Source: Octopus vulgaris
Taxonomy: Eukaryota
Assembly: GCA_951406725.2 (NCBI GenBank)
Contig: OX597836.1
Span: 13,702,001 to 13,766,000 of the forward strand
Reading direction: 5' to 3'
DNA length: 64,000 bases
The notes beneath the pieces were generated by a model. It saw only the letters and a program-made list of their open reading frames with translations, was not told where the DNA came from and searched no databases. Within the stretch, counting starts at the first letter, position 1. Each line of letters opens with the position of its first letter. Positions 39,301 to 52,700 of the stretch are shown here, piece after piece. The translations under genes were made by a program, and so were the position numbers.

Positions 39301-39705
39301 TACTTTACATGAAGCATTATGATCTTACATTCACTTTCAAGTCTTTCTCCGATTGTCTCCCTTGAAAGCACGCTCATGGTTTCCATGTAAGTTATGGCAG
39401 CATTGCTCTTTCCAAAGTTTTATTTTCATTTCTCTATTATAAATTTTACTTGTGTCCCTATCTTAGTAGAAACTGATGGATTAAGAAATCAAACTACATA
39501 AACGAATGGCAGCAAAACCATTCAGAAATTAAATAACACTAGCGCAGGAGTGGCTGTGTGGTAAGTAGCTTGCTAACCAACCACATGGTTCCGGGTTCAG
39601 TCCCACTGCGTGGCATCTTCGGCAAGTGTCTTCTGCTATAGCCCCGGGCCGACCAATGCCTTGTGAGTGGATTTGGTAGACGGAAACTGAAAGAAGCCTA
39701 ATGTA

Positions 39706-39742
<37 letters not shown>

Positions 39743-40585
39743 GGGGGGTCTGTATTTGTCCCCCTAGTATTGCTTGACAACCGATGCTGGTGTGTTTACG
39801 TCCCTGTCACTTAGCGGTTCGGCAAAAGAGACCGATAGAATAAGTACTGGGCTTACAAAGAATAAGTCCCGGGGTCGATTTGATCGATTAAAGGTGGTGC
39901 TCCAGCATGGCCGCAGTCAAATGACTGAAACAAGTAAAAGAGTAAAAGAGAGTAAAAGAGTATTCAGTAACAATAATAAATTTAATTTATCTTCGACAAT
40001 TTTTAGTTTTACCAATTTTGAATATATCGCTCCTGCTTAAAACATCTTACCTACTTGACAACAGCATTTCTAGCTCTGCCTTGAAAGAAGCTTTACTTCT
40101 TGGACTCGTGTTTTTGTGTGCAATGTTAAACCTCCATTAGCAACACCATATGCCGGTACTTTCCATTTCCTTCATGCACATAAAAAACACCATTTGAGCA
40201 TGGCCGTTGCCAGTACCGCATGACTGGCCCTCGTGCTGGTGGCACGTAAAAGCACCTGCTACACTCTCGGAGTGGTTGGTATTAGGAAGGGCATCTGGCT
40301 GTAGAAACTCTGCCAGATCAAGATTGGAGCCTGGTGCAGCCATCTGGTTCGCCAGACCTCAGTCAAACCGTCCAACCCATGCCAGCATGGAAAACGGACG
40401 TTAAATGATGATGATGATGATGATGGCCACCACCACTACTACTACTACTGTTATAACAGCAATAGTACTACTACAACTTGCTACTACTACCCCTATCACT
40501 ACCACCACATCACCACCACCACTATAACCATAACAGCAATACTGCCTCTACCACCACAACAACTTCTACCACTACTGCTAAGATG

Positions 40586-40624
<39 letters not shown>

Positions 40625-41339
40625 GTTATTACTACTACTAATATCATGAATGTATTTTCTTGTTTGCCAGGAATGTGATTTGTCACATCTGATAACAGAG
40701 AAATCCAAGACCAAGAAGGTACTGGACAGTGTCCGAAATAGTGTCCAGTATATTCTCAAATGCTTGTTTCATTTCATCACCTGCGGCTGTTGCTATGCTG
40801 ACAACAAGCAGTTTGGTTTCATAGGAAATCTTTATGACCACGAGCCGTCAGAGATGGAGAAGCAGGCCCTTGTGAATCTGTTGCGCTATTTGGAGACAGG
40901 TCAGTGAATATTTGGTCCCTTGGAATCAGCTGTTGATGATGATGATGATGATGATGATAATGATGTTGTTGTTGTTGTTGTTAGAACATCAAGTCCTTTT
41001 ATTTTTTACTTGTTTCACTCACTGGACTGCGGCCATACTGGAGCACTGCTTTGAAGGGCTTTTGGTTGACCACATCACTACTAGTACTTAGTTTTTCTTT
41101 TTTTAAGTCTAGTTCTTATTCTAGCAGTCTCTTTTGCTGAACCACTAAGTTATGAGGGACATAAACAAACCAACACTGGTTGTCAAGCTGTGGTAAGGAA
41201 CAAAGCTCACACACACACACACACACACATGCATGCACATACACAAGTGCACATACACACACATACAGAGACATACACACACATGCACACACACACATGT
41301 ATACACATACATACTCACATGGACACACACACAGAAGCA

Positions 41340-41371
<32 letters not shown>

Positions 41372-44300
41372 ATGTATACTCATACACACACACACATGCA
41401 TGTTTGTGACGGTGTGAAGGCACATAGCTTAGTGGTTAGAGTGTTGCACTCATGATCACTAGATTGTGGGTTCAATTCTCAGACTGAGCAGCAGGTTGTC
41501 TTCTTGAGCAAAACACTTCATTTCTTGTTGCTCCAGTCCACTCAGCTATAAATGGTTAACCCTGGGACAAAACAGCCATCAATCAAGGAGAATGTTGACC
41601 TGCTCACCAAGCCAGAGGAGTGGTACCATTCAAATGCTAAAGTGATGTGAAGCACATTGTGACCAGCAATGTATAACAACATCCAATAGTCTGCTCAATC
41701 ACACACACACACATACACACAGAGGACAGGCTTCCTTACAGTTTTCATCTATGAAATCCACTCACATGGCATTTGTCAGTCTGGGGCTAATATTGAAGAT
41801 ACTTGCTCAAAGTACCGTGCAGCAGGACTGAACTCTAAAACTAAGTGATTACAAAGTGAGTTTCTTAACCACAAAACCGTTTTCCTAATTGGAGAGAAAA
41901 AAACAAGTTCCAGGTTCAAACTAAGGCAAGGACTCACCGTGGTGGGGACGCTGGCAACGGGTAGTGTCAGAGCTATGCTGTCGGGAACTTCGGTTCCTGA
42001 TAGGGCCACCCAAGGCGGATTGGGCTGACACCGAGTGGTATTAGAGCCACAATCCAGCAGATGGGGCTCTGGTGAAAATCCTCGGAGTGTCTGCTTCAGC
42101 AACCGGTGGCTCCTCGGTCATTCTGTCCCTGCGTCTGCGGACAATCTGTGGCAAACAGGATGTCTCCACATGTGGGATTGTTGGGGACCGCTTGTGAAAT
42201 CCACATATTCCCACGAAACTTCTTCCACGAGTGGAAGAAGCTGACTCAACCCGCCCAGGGGGAATGTCGCCACAAGTACAAGTACATGCAACTGATATTA
42301 ATCAACACAGAATATTAATGATGTATATTAAAATGTTAAAATACTGGTTTCAAATTTTGGCACAGGGCCACCAATTTTAGGGGAGGGAAGAGTCAATTAC
42401 ATCAACCCCAGTTTTCAACAGGTACTTATTTTATTGACCCCGAAAAAAAATGAAAGGTAAAGTGGACCTCAGAGGAATTTGAACCCATAGCATAAAAATA
42501 GACAAAACGCCATGCATTCACACACACACACATGTATACACATACACACATACTCACACACACACATGTGTGTGAAGGTGTGAAGGCACATAGCTTAGTG
42601 GTTAGTGTTGCACTCATGATCCCTATTTTTGTCCACCATGCTATCAATTCTTCTCATTAGTTACCTTAAAAAAATGTCAAAAAATCCATGATTTGTGATT
42701 TGATAAACTTTGATTGGTATTGAACCTACGTTGCTTTGTTTTATTTCAGAGGAAACTTTGACCATCGAGTTCCCACATTTGATCTCATTACGTATTCTCA
42801 TCTACTCGGATAATATTGAACTACAATTATCAGCGGTCCTTTTTTATTTGGAGATTAGCGAAAGAAGTAAGTAAAGCTAATTAATAGATTGTAACGATGT
42901 TGCTTGTGTGTTTATTTGTCAGCCTGGTTATGAGTTCCATAACTCACCTGAGATTGCCCCTTGGTTCTATGATACAAATTAGCTGTTTTGAAGTGATCTA
43001 CATTAAAACCTTCTTCCATAAAAATTTCCTATCAGTCATCATCATCATCATCATCATCATTTAACGTCCGTTTTCCATGCTACCAAGGGTTGGACGGTTC
43101 GACCGGGGATCTGGGAAGCCAGGAGGCTGCACCAGGCTCCAGTCTGATCTGGCAGTGTTTCTACAGCTGGATGCTCTTCCTAACGCCAACCACTCTGTGA
43201 GTGTAATGGGTGCTTTTTACATGCCATCAGTACAGGTGCCAGAGGAGGCTGGCAACGGCCACGATCGGTTGGTGCTTTTTACGTGCCACCAGCACGGAAG
43301 CCAGTCAAGGCGGCACTGGCATCGGCTGCATACGGATGGCGCTTTTTACATGCCACCGGCAGTTTAATAATGACAAATTTGTTTTACTAAATTCTTCATT
43401 ATTTTAAAAATTAAATGAAACAAAAGGTAGTGTATTTCAATAGGAATATGGTAACAAAAGGGTTCAATATCACCTTGCTCCACAAATTTCTTTATTACAT
43501 TATTATGACTGTATACAAGTCTGGATCTAAGTTAATGCCATATTTGTTTGTTGTTTTAGTTGATGACTGCCCAACAAGTGTCACCCTGTCACCTCTCATA
43601 GACTTATTGCGGACGAAAGATGACCGACTCAACAGAATCACAACACAGGCTCTAAGTAACTTCTTGATGAGAATGCCAGGTAAAAATGACTCTCTCTCTC
43701 TCTTTTACTCTTTTACTTGTTTCAGCCATTTGACTGTGGCCATGCTGGAGCACCGCCTTTAGTCGACCAAATTGACCCCAGGACTTGTTCTTTGTAAGCC
43801 TAGTACTTATTCTATCAGTCTCTTTTGCCGAACCGCTAAGTTACGGGGACGTAAACACACCAGCATCGGTTGTCAAGCGATGTTGGGGGAACAAACACAG
43901 ACACACAAACTTATACACACACACATACATATATATAGGGAGAGTTTACAAAGAAAACAAATGACGAAGACAGGTGGTGTACAAAACAAACAGATGTATT
44001 AGTATAACGCTCAGGAATAGAAAAATCTTTTACGTTTCGAGTCTACGCTCTTCTACAGAAAGGGACACAGAAAAAACAAGGAGAGAATAAAAATGTGTGT
44101 AGTGGCTAATGATCTATCACGGCAATATATATATATATATATATATAGAGGAAGAGTTTACGAAAAAAAACAAAAGATGAAGACAGGTGGTGTACGAAAC
44201 AAACAGATGTACTAGTATAACGCTCAGGAATAGAAAAAGTCTTTTACGTTTCGAGCCTACGCTCTTCTACAGAAAGGGACACAGAAAAAAAAACAAGGAG

Positions 44301-46008
44301 AGAAGAAATATATATATACACATATGTACGACGGGCTTCTTTCAGTTTCCGTCTACCAAATCCACTCACAAGGCTTTGGTTGGCCTGGGGCTATAGCAGA
44401 AGACACTTGCCCAATGTGCCACACAGTGGGACTGGACCCGGGGCCATGTGGTTTGTAAGCAAGCTACTTATTACACAGCCACTCCTACGCCTATGACCAG
44501 TTTTTTGTTTATTTTACTCCATTGTGTCTTTCACACAAACAATTCACTGTCTATTTATCAGACTGACTGCCAGCCTGTCTGTCAGTCTCTGTCAGTCTTT
44601 ATCTGCCTGATTGGCTGGCTGCCTGCTTATCAGCCTATCTGTCTCTGCCTGCCTATCTCCTTATCTGTTTGTCTCTCTCTCTACCTACCTCTTTGTCTAG
44701 TTATCAGTCCATCTCTCTGTCTGTCTATCTGTTCGTCTGTCTATCTGTTCCTCTCTGGTCAATCTGTCATCACTTGAAAAGGAAAGTGAGAGTAGAGAGG
44801 CAAGTTTTGTCTAGCGAATGTTTCAAAAAAAGATGGGTGAATGTAGCAAGGATGGCACGTATGAATGACAAAGCCACCTTGAGCATAATCCTATGAACCC
44901 AGAAAAATTTAAAACAGAGAGTGAGTTACTTGCAAATAAATGTGTTAACATGTGACATTATTGACCGAGGTTACCGTGGTCTTTTCTGTAGGCTTTTCTT
45001 TCCACAAATAAACTTTATCTGTTTCCCCCTTTACACTTTACATCAAGACATTCCTGTGATACACGATCCCTATTGATCGTTTTTTTTTCTTTCATTTTTT
45101 ACTATCCCTTTTGATTGAAAACTTACCCCCGTTTTATTTTTTTTATTTTTTTATTTTTAATTTTAATTTTTTTTTCTCCTCAAAAAGCTCTACTTTGTAA
45201 TTTGTCCCCTCTGTGTTCAGCCCTGTGTGGCTAATAAAGAAACATATCTATTTGTCTGTCTATCTCTCTGCCCGTCTATCCTCCATGTCTATCTCTCCAT
45301 CTATTTATCTCTCTATCTGTCTACCTCTCCATCTGCCTATCTCTCTCTGTCAATCAATCCATCAAAATGGTTAAACAGATAAGCTACCAAATGTAAAAGT
45401 TCACATCTTACCTTTGCTGTCAAGAATTTGGTTCACATATTGTGCTCTGGTCATTGGCAATATTTACATTTATTTGGATTTATTTATTCATTTTTTTTTT
45501 CACATAGAGATTTGAGATATTTTTTTTTTTTTAAATCAACTTATAATATTTTTTTTCTCTTTGACAGCTTGCAAGGCTGAAGTGTACCCCTGTCAACCAA
45601 TACCAGCTTTGATTCCTTTATTGGAATCAAAGAACCATGACACTCTCTGTAACACAATTGCAATTCTAACCATCTTGACTATTACCAGTAAGAATTTTTT
45701 CTTTGTTTTATTTTGTTATATATTATAAGAAGAAATATATATTAGAAGAAATAAGGTACTCAGAAATCTGGATGGTTTTATATTTACAGATTTTTATTAA
45801 TAAGTCACATATTTTTATAAATCATATATTAGTGCTTGCATCCACTCTAGTGGATTCATCCACTAGAGTGGATGCAAGCACTAATATATGATTTATAAAA
45901 ACATGACATTTTAATAAAAATCAGTAAATATAAAACCATCCAGATTTCTGAGTACCTCATTTCTTCTAATATATAATACCTGTACATCACCTCCAAACCT
46001 TCTAATAC

Positions 46009-46043
<35 letters not shown>

Positions 46044-46719
46044 GATAGAAATGGTAAGACAACAAAAGAATGAAAGAGACCTAGAATATTATGTAAATAG
46101 AGGAATTTATCTGTAAATATAATATGTGACAATTATTCGGTAGCCATGATAAAACTCTGAGTTTTGGATGTCGGGGTGGAAACCTAGCTGCCATCCTTTC
46201 AGTTATCGGGCCATCATACCATTTTTTTCGATGGCCTGATAACTGAAGAGATGGTGGCGTGGGTTTCCGCCCCAAAATCTGAAACTCAGAGTTTTGTCAT
46301 GGCTACCGAATAATTGTCACATTTTTACATTTACAGATGTATGTCGGTGGCACATAAAAACACCATCCGAGCGTGGTCGTTCGCCAGCCTCGTCTGGCAC
46401 CTGTGTCGGTGGCACATAAAAAAACACCATCCGAGCGTGGTCGTCTGCCAGCCTTGTCTGGCACCTGTGTCGGTGGCACATAAAAACACCATCCGAGCGT
46501 GGCCGTTCGCCAGCCTCGTCTGGCACCTGTGTCGGTGGCACATAAAATCACCCACTACACTCTCGGAGTGGTTGGCGTTAGGAAGGGCATCCAGCTGTAG
46601 AAACACTGCCAGATCTGACTGGCCTGGTGCAGCCTTCGGGCTCCCCAGACACCTGTTGAACCGTCCAACCCATGCTAGCATGGAAAGCGGACGTTAAATG
46701 ATGATGATGATGATGATGA

Positions 46720-46756
<37 letters not shown>

Positions 46757-49700
46757 GAATTAATGAACGTGAAGGAAGTCAAAACGTGTTGAAAAGAAAG
46801 GGAGGGAAATGTTTTCTTCATTTTAGCAAAAGTACAAAGCAACACTAAAAGGGTGCCCAAAGTGAAGTGATGGACAGTTTATTGATGACAAAAAAATTTA
46901 TAATTAAAAAGGAAAAAAAAGAAAAAATATATAGAGAGAGAGTGATAAATAGATGGAGAATAGGTACAGGAGTGGCTGCATCGTAAGTAGCTTGCTTAAC
47001 AACCCCCTTCACTCAACCCCTCACCCAACCCCCTCGCCCAAACCCCCTCGTCCAAACCCCTCGCCCAACCCCCTCGCTCAAACCCCTTGCCCAACCCCCT
47101 CACCCAACCCCCTCGCCCAAACCCCTCATCCAAACCCCTCACTCAACCCCCTCTCCCAACTCTTCACCACCCCCCACAACTCACCACTCCATGGACACAG
47201 TGAGAAAGAAATTAGTGGTGTCCTCCTCTCTTTGCAGACAACTGTAGACTGGAGATTCTTGCTGAAGATGGTGTGAAGCCCCTACTTAAGACGCTGCATC
47301 ATAAAGACCTGCGAGTGATCCGAAATGCAGTTGGCCTCATCTACAACCTAACACAGCTGGGTATGTCATGTTGGGATTTTGTTGGTTCTTGTTTTGTTGT
47401 TTGATGTTTTTTATTTATTTCTTTTTTAGCCCCGGGTCAGCTCAGATCAAGTAAATCTTATGATCCCAAAACATTGCAGTTATGGCCATCCCAACTTATT
47501 TTCAGACAAGTTGGGTCCAGACCCTCTGCATGGCACCTTACACAACTGTGTTCAACTATAACCCTGGGCCAACCATCCAAAGCCTTGTGAAGGCATTTGG
47601 TAAACAGAAACTGAAAGAAGCCGAGGTAGACTTTGCCTTTCATCCTTTCGGGGTCGATAAATTAAGTACCAGTTATGCACTGGGGTCGATGTAATCGACT
47701 TAATCCCTTTGTCTGTCCTTGTTTGTCCCCTCTGTGTTTAGCATATGTGGGCAATAAAGAAATAAGAAACTGAAAGAAGCCCATTGTGTGTGTGTGTGTG
47801 TGTGTGTATTTGTGCATGTTTGTGTGAGTGTGTTTATGGGTGTATGTATGTGTTTATGGGTGTGTGTATATGTGTGTGTGTAATTATGCATGTGTGTGTA
47901 TATGTCTGTGTGTGTGTTTATATGTGTATGTATATGTGTGTCTATATGTCTGTGTGTGTGCATATAAATGTGTGTATGTGTTTTATTGACTGAAACTAGT
48001 AAAAGAATAAAGCTCAGATCTCCGTAGATATTCTAAAATAACTTTGTCCCCCTCCAACCTGCTTCAGCACAGTTTTCCAAATGAATTTAGGGGTCTACAA
48101 TCCTCCCCTAAATCAAGGCAGGTCTTGCTGTTGTTGTTATTGTTGCTGTTGTTATTGTTGTTGCTGTTGTTGTTGTTGCTGTTGTTGTTATTCTGGTTAT
48201 CGTTATTTTTGCTGTTGTTGTTATTGTTGTTGCTGTTACTGTTGGCGTTGTTGCTGCCGTTGTTGTTATTACTGATGTTGATGTTGTTGTTGTTTACTGA
48301 TGACTTTTTGACATTTTTCGTCCCTTTAATTTTTTCAATGACATTAAGATGTTTGACAGTTTCTCATTGTAGCTGCCAGCCGAGACGAGATTGTTCGGGA
48401 GGGTGGGGTAGCCCTGTTGATTTCCGTTCTCCAAGACTGCGGGGACAACGATGTCCGCTACTATTGCTTCGGTGCCATGGGTAACATTGCAGCCACCCCA
48501 GAGAACAGACAGGTGCTCTTTGTGGCGGACAAGAAACTTTTGATGAACTATTTATTGGTTCACAATCTTTCGTCAGAGTCTGAGAAGGTATTTGTCATCT
48601 TCATTATAATTAACATCCTCGTCATCATTGTCATCATCATCATCATTATCATCACTAGCATCAGTGTCATGATCATTATCCTCGATATCTTTGCTATTAT
48701 CAGTTGTCATCGCCACCATCATCATCATTGCCACCACCACCACCACCATCATCATCAGCATCATCATTGCCACCACCACCATCATCATCGCTACCACCAC
48801 CGTCATCATCGCCACCACCACCATCATCATCATCATTGCCACCACCACCACCGTCATCATCATCGCCACCACCACCATCATCATCATCATTGCCACCACC
48901 ACCACCGTCATCATCATCGCCACCACCACCATCATCATCATCATTGCCACCACCACCACCACCATCATCATTGCCACCACCACCACCACCATCATCATCA
49001 GCATCATCATTGCCACCACCACCATCATCATCGCTACCACCACCGTCATCATCGCCACCACCACCATCATCATCATCATTGCTACCACCACCACCGTCAT
49101 CATCATTGCCACCACCACCATCATCATCATCATTGCCACCACCACCACCATCATCATCATCATTGCTACCACCACCATCATCATCATTGCCACTACCATC
49201 ATCATCATCATCATTGCCACCACCACCATCATCATCATCATTGCCACTACCATCATCATCATCATCATTGCCACCACCACCACCATCATCATCATCATTG
49301 CTACCACCACCATCATCATCATTGCCACTACCATCATCATCATCATCATTGCCACCACCACCATCATCATCATCATTGCCACTACCATCATCATCATCAT
49401 CATTGCCACTACCATCATCATCATCATCATTGCCACTACCACCACCATCATCATCATCATTGCTACCACCACCATCATCATCATCATTGCCACTACCATC
49501 ATCATCATCATCATTGCCACCACCACCACCATCATCATCATCATTGCTACCACCACCATCATCATCATTGCCACTACCATCATCATCATCATCATTGCCA
49601 CCACCACCACCACCATCATCATCAGCATCATCATTGCCACCATCATCATCATTGCCACTACCATCATCATCATCATCATCATCATTGCCACCATCATCAT

Positions 49701-52700
49701 CATTGTCACCACCATCATCATCATCATTGTCACCACCATCATCATCATCATTGCCACCACCATCATCATCATCATTGCCATCACCACCATCAGCATAATC
49801 ACCATCATTGTCATTATTCATTATCCTTATCATTATCATTGCAATCATCATTAGTCATTACCATCATCATCATCATCCTTGCTATCACAGTTTCTCATTA
49901 TCACCAACACCCTCATTGTCATCATCATTATCCTCATCATCGCCATCATCATCGTCGTCACCATCATCATTTCCAACATGACAATCTCCCCTTCGCCACC
50001 ACCACGTTTTTCACCATTACCACCACCACCACCACCACCACCACCACCACCATGTGAAGCCAGTGAGAGAGCTTCTATACCCAATAATGATGTGATGGCT
50101 GTCATTCCTGTCCCACTGCTCATCTTGTTGTTTGTTCGTTTCAGGTGACAGGACAATGTCTTTTAACTCTTAGGAATCTGGCATCTGATGGTAAGAAAAC
50201 ATTTTGCCTTTAATTTTCATCAGTACATTTTCGTTTCTCTCATTTTCCTCTTTTTTCCTTCATCTTTCCTTCTTCCTTTTCTTCTGTTTCCTTTTCCTTT
50301 TACTTTGTCCTTTTTTCTTCCTCTTCTATTCTTCCATCTTGTTCTTCTTTTTTTCTTTCTTTCTTATTTCTTTTTCTTTCTGTCTTTCTTTCTCCTCCTC
50401 TCTCTTTCTCTCATGATGGTCATCATCATCATCTTCATCATTTAATGTCTGTTTTCCATATTAGCATGGATTGGATGGTTTGACAGAAGCTGGCCAGCTG
50501 AAGAGCTGCCGGGGCATCCTGTCTGTTTTGGCATGGTTTCTACAGCTGGATGCCCTTCTAATGCCAATCCCTTTACAGAGTGTCCTGGGTGCCATTACGC
50601 AGCACAGGTATAGGTGCTTTTATGTGGCACCAGTACAGGTCCTTTTTCTGTAACTTACATTGCCTCAATAAACAGGACACATCATCATCATCATCATCAT
50701 TTAACGTCCGCTTTCCATGCTAGCACGAGTTGGATGGTTCAACCGGGATCTGGGAAGCCAGGAGGCTGCACCAGGCTCCATTCTGATCTTGCAGTGTTTC
50801 TACAGCTAGATGCCCTTCCTAACGCCAACCACTCCATGAGTGTAGTGGGTGCTTTTTAATTGCCATCGGCACAGGTGCCAGGGGAAGCTGGCAGTGGCCA
50901 CGATCGGATGGTGCTTTTTACGTGCCACCGGCACAGAAGCCAGTCAAAGCGGTGCTGACATTGGCCACATTCGGATGGTGCATTTCACATGCCACCGGCA
51001 CAGGTATCACAACTACAATCTCCATTTGATATTTTTGACACATCTCAATAAAAAACAGTTTCAAACATGACATTCCTCAACAAAAGACAGATTGGTAATT
51101 AAAACTGCTTTCTTTAATTAAAGGTAATGAAATTTTGAACGGATATATCTGATTTCTGTGGTAAAAGGGTTAAAAAAAAAATGAAAAGAAAAGAAATGAA
51201 TTGTGAGATTTTTTGTTGCAGCTCTCAACCAGGAGGAATTAGCCATGGGTGGAGCAATTGAGAAAATCCACAAGATTATCCAATCAACGAAAAGCCAGGA
51301 AATCCTCAGTCTGGCATTGTGCTGCCTTCGTAACCTCTCAAACTTTGAAGCCAATCAGGTTAGTGTGACAGGAAATAAACTTAGTATTATACACCTCCAA
51401 TAACACCTACAGATACTTTGATCCACTGAAATGATACAGTTCTAAATTAAATGCTTTTCAGTCCTTACCCATGTTTATGCTTTGTAGTATTTTGTCCGTC
51501 ACTGCATTCTGAGTTCAAATTTCGCCGAGGTCGACTTTGGCTTTCATCCTTTCGGGGTCGATAAATTAAGTATCAGTTACGCACTGGGATTGATATAATC
51601 GACTTAATCCCTTTATCTGTCCTTGTTTGTCCCGTCTGTGTTTAGCCCTCTGTGGGCAATAAAGAAATAAATATATTCTGAGCTCAATTTCTGTGAGAGC
51701 TCCTTGCCCACCTTCATTTTTGTCATTCATCTTTCAGTAGTTATTTGCTCAACTTTCTCATTTCTACATTGCCACCTCAACTTTTTCTGTCCTGTATACC
51801 CAGCTCATCTTGTCCTGTTTTTGTATGTGTTGGCCTAAATTTCTGTGTTCTATATCATCAGCTCAACTTTCTGAGTTCTCTATTGACAGCACAAGTTTCT
51901 CTAGTTTGCATTGCTAGCTTAACCTCTCTTGTCCTATATTGCTGGACCAAATTTCTGCTCTATATTGCCAGTTTAATTTTCTTTGTTCTGCATTGCTAAC
52001 TTGATATTCAGTACTCAATATTACAATCTCAACCTCTTGTGCTCTGTATTTCCAGCTCAAATTTTTATTATCTATATTGTCAGCTCAATTCTCCTTGTTT
52101 TGTATTACCAGCTCAACTGCCCCTGTTTTGTAAGGCCACCTCAGTTTTCTGTTGTATATTACCAGCTCAACTTTCTGTGTTCTGTATAGCCAGCTCAACT
52201 TCCCCTGTTCTATATCAACAGCTCAACTTTCTGTGTTCTATATTGCCAGCTCAAATTTCTTTGATCTATATTGCCAGATAAACTTTCCCTAATTTATATT
52301 ACCAGTTCAACTCCGTTTTGTATGGCCACCTTGATTTTCTGTTCTACAATGCCAGCTCAACCTGCCCTATACTATATTGTCAGCTCAACTTCCTCCATTC
52401 TCTCTTGCCAGTTCAATTTTCTCTATTATGTGTTGTCATGTCAACTTTCTCTCTTTTGTATTGACAACTCATCTTTCTGCATTGTGTGTTGACAGGTCAA
52501 GTTTGTATCAGAAGAATTTCTCTCTGATATTGGTAATATTCTGCATGACTCAACCAATCCTGATGCTCAACACAGTTCTGCCAGCATCATTAGAAACCTC
52601 GTTGATGGAGAATATATGAAGGTAAGTTCCACTGAGTGTGAGTGAAGGTGGAGTGTAAGTGATAGTGATTATTGTTGTTATTGTCCATCCTCAGGCCAAC

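Noticed and set aside
48573-49854. 364-413 aa ORFs (poly-Met/Val, Asp/Gly, Ser/Pro, Ile/Thr)
   Set aside because: They are translations of an intronic CAT/CAC microsatellite that is open in nearly every frame.
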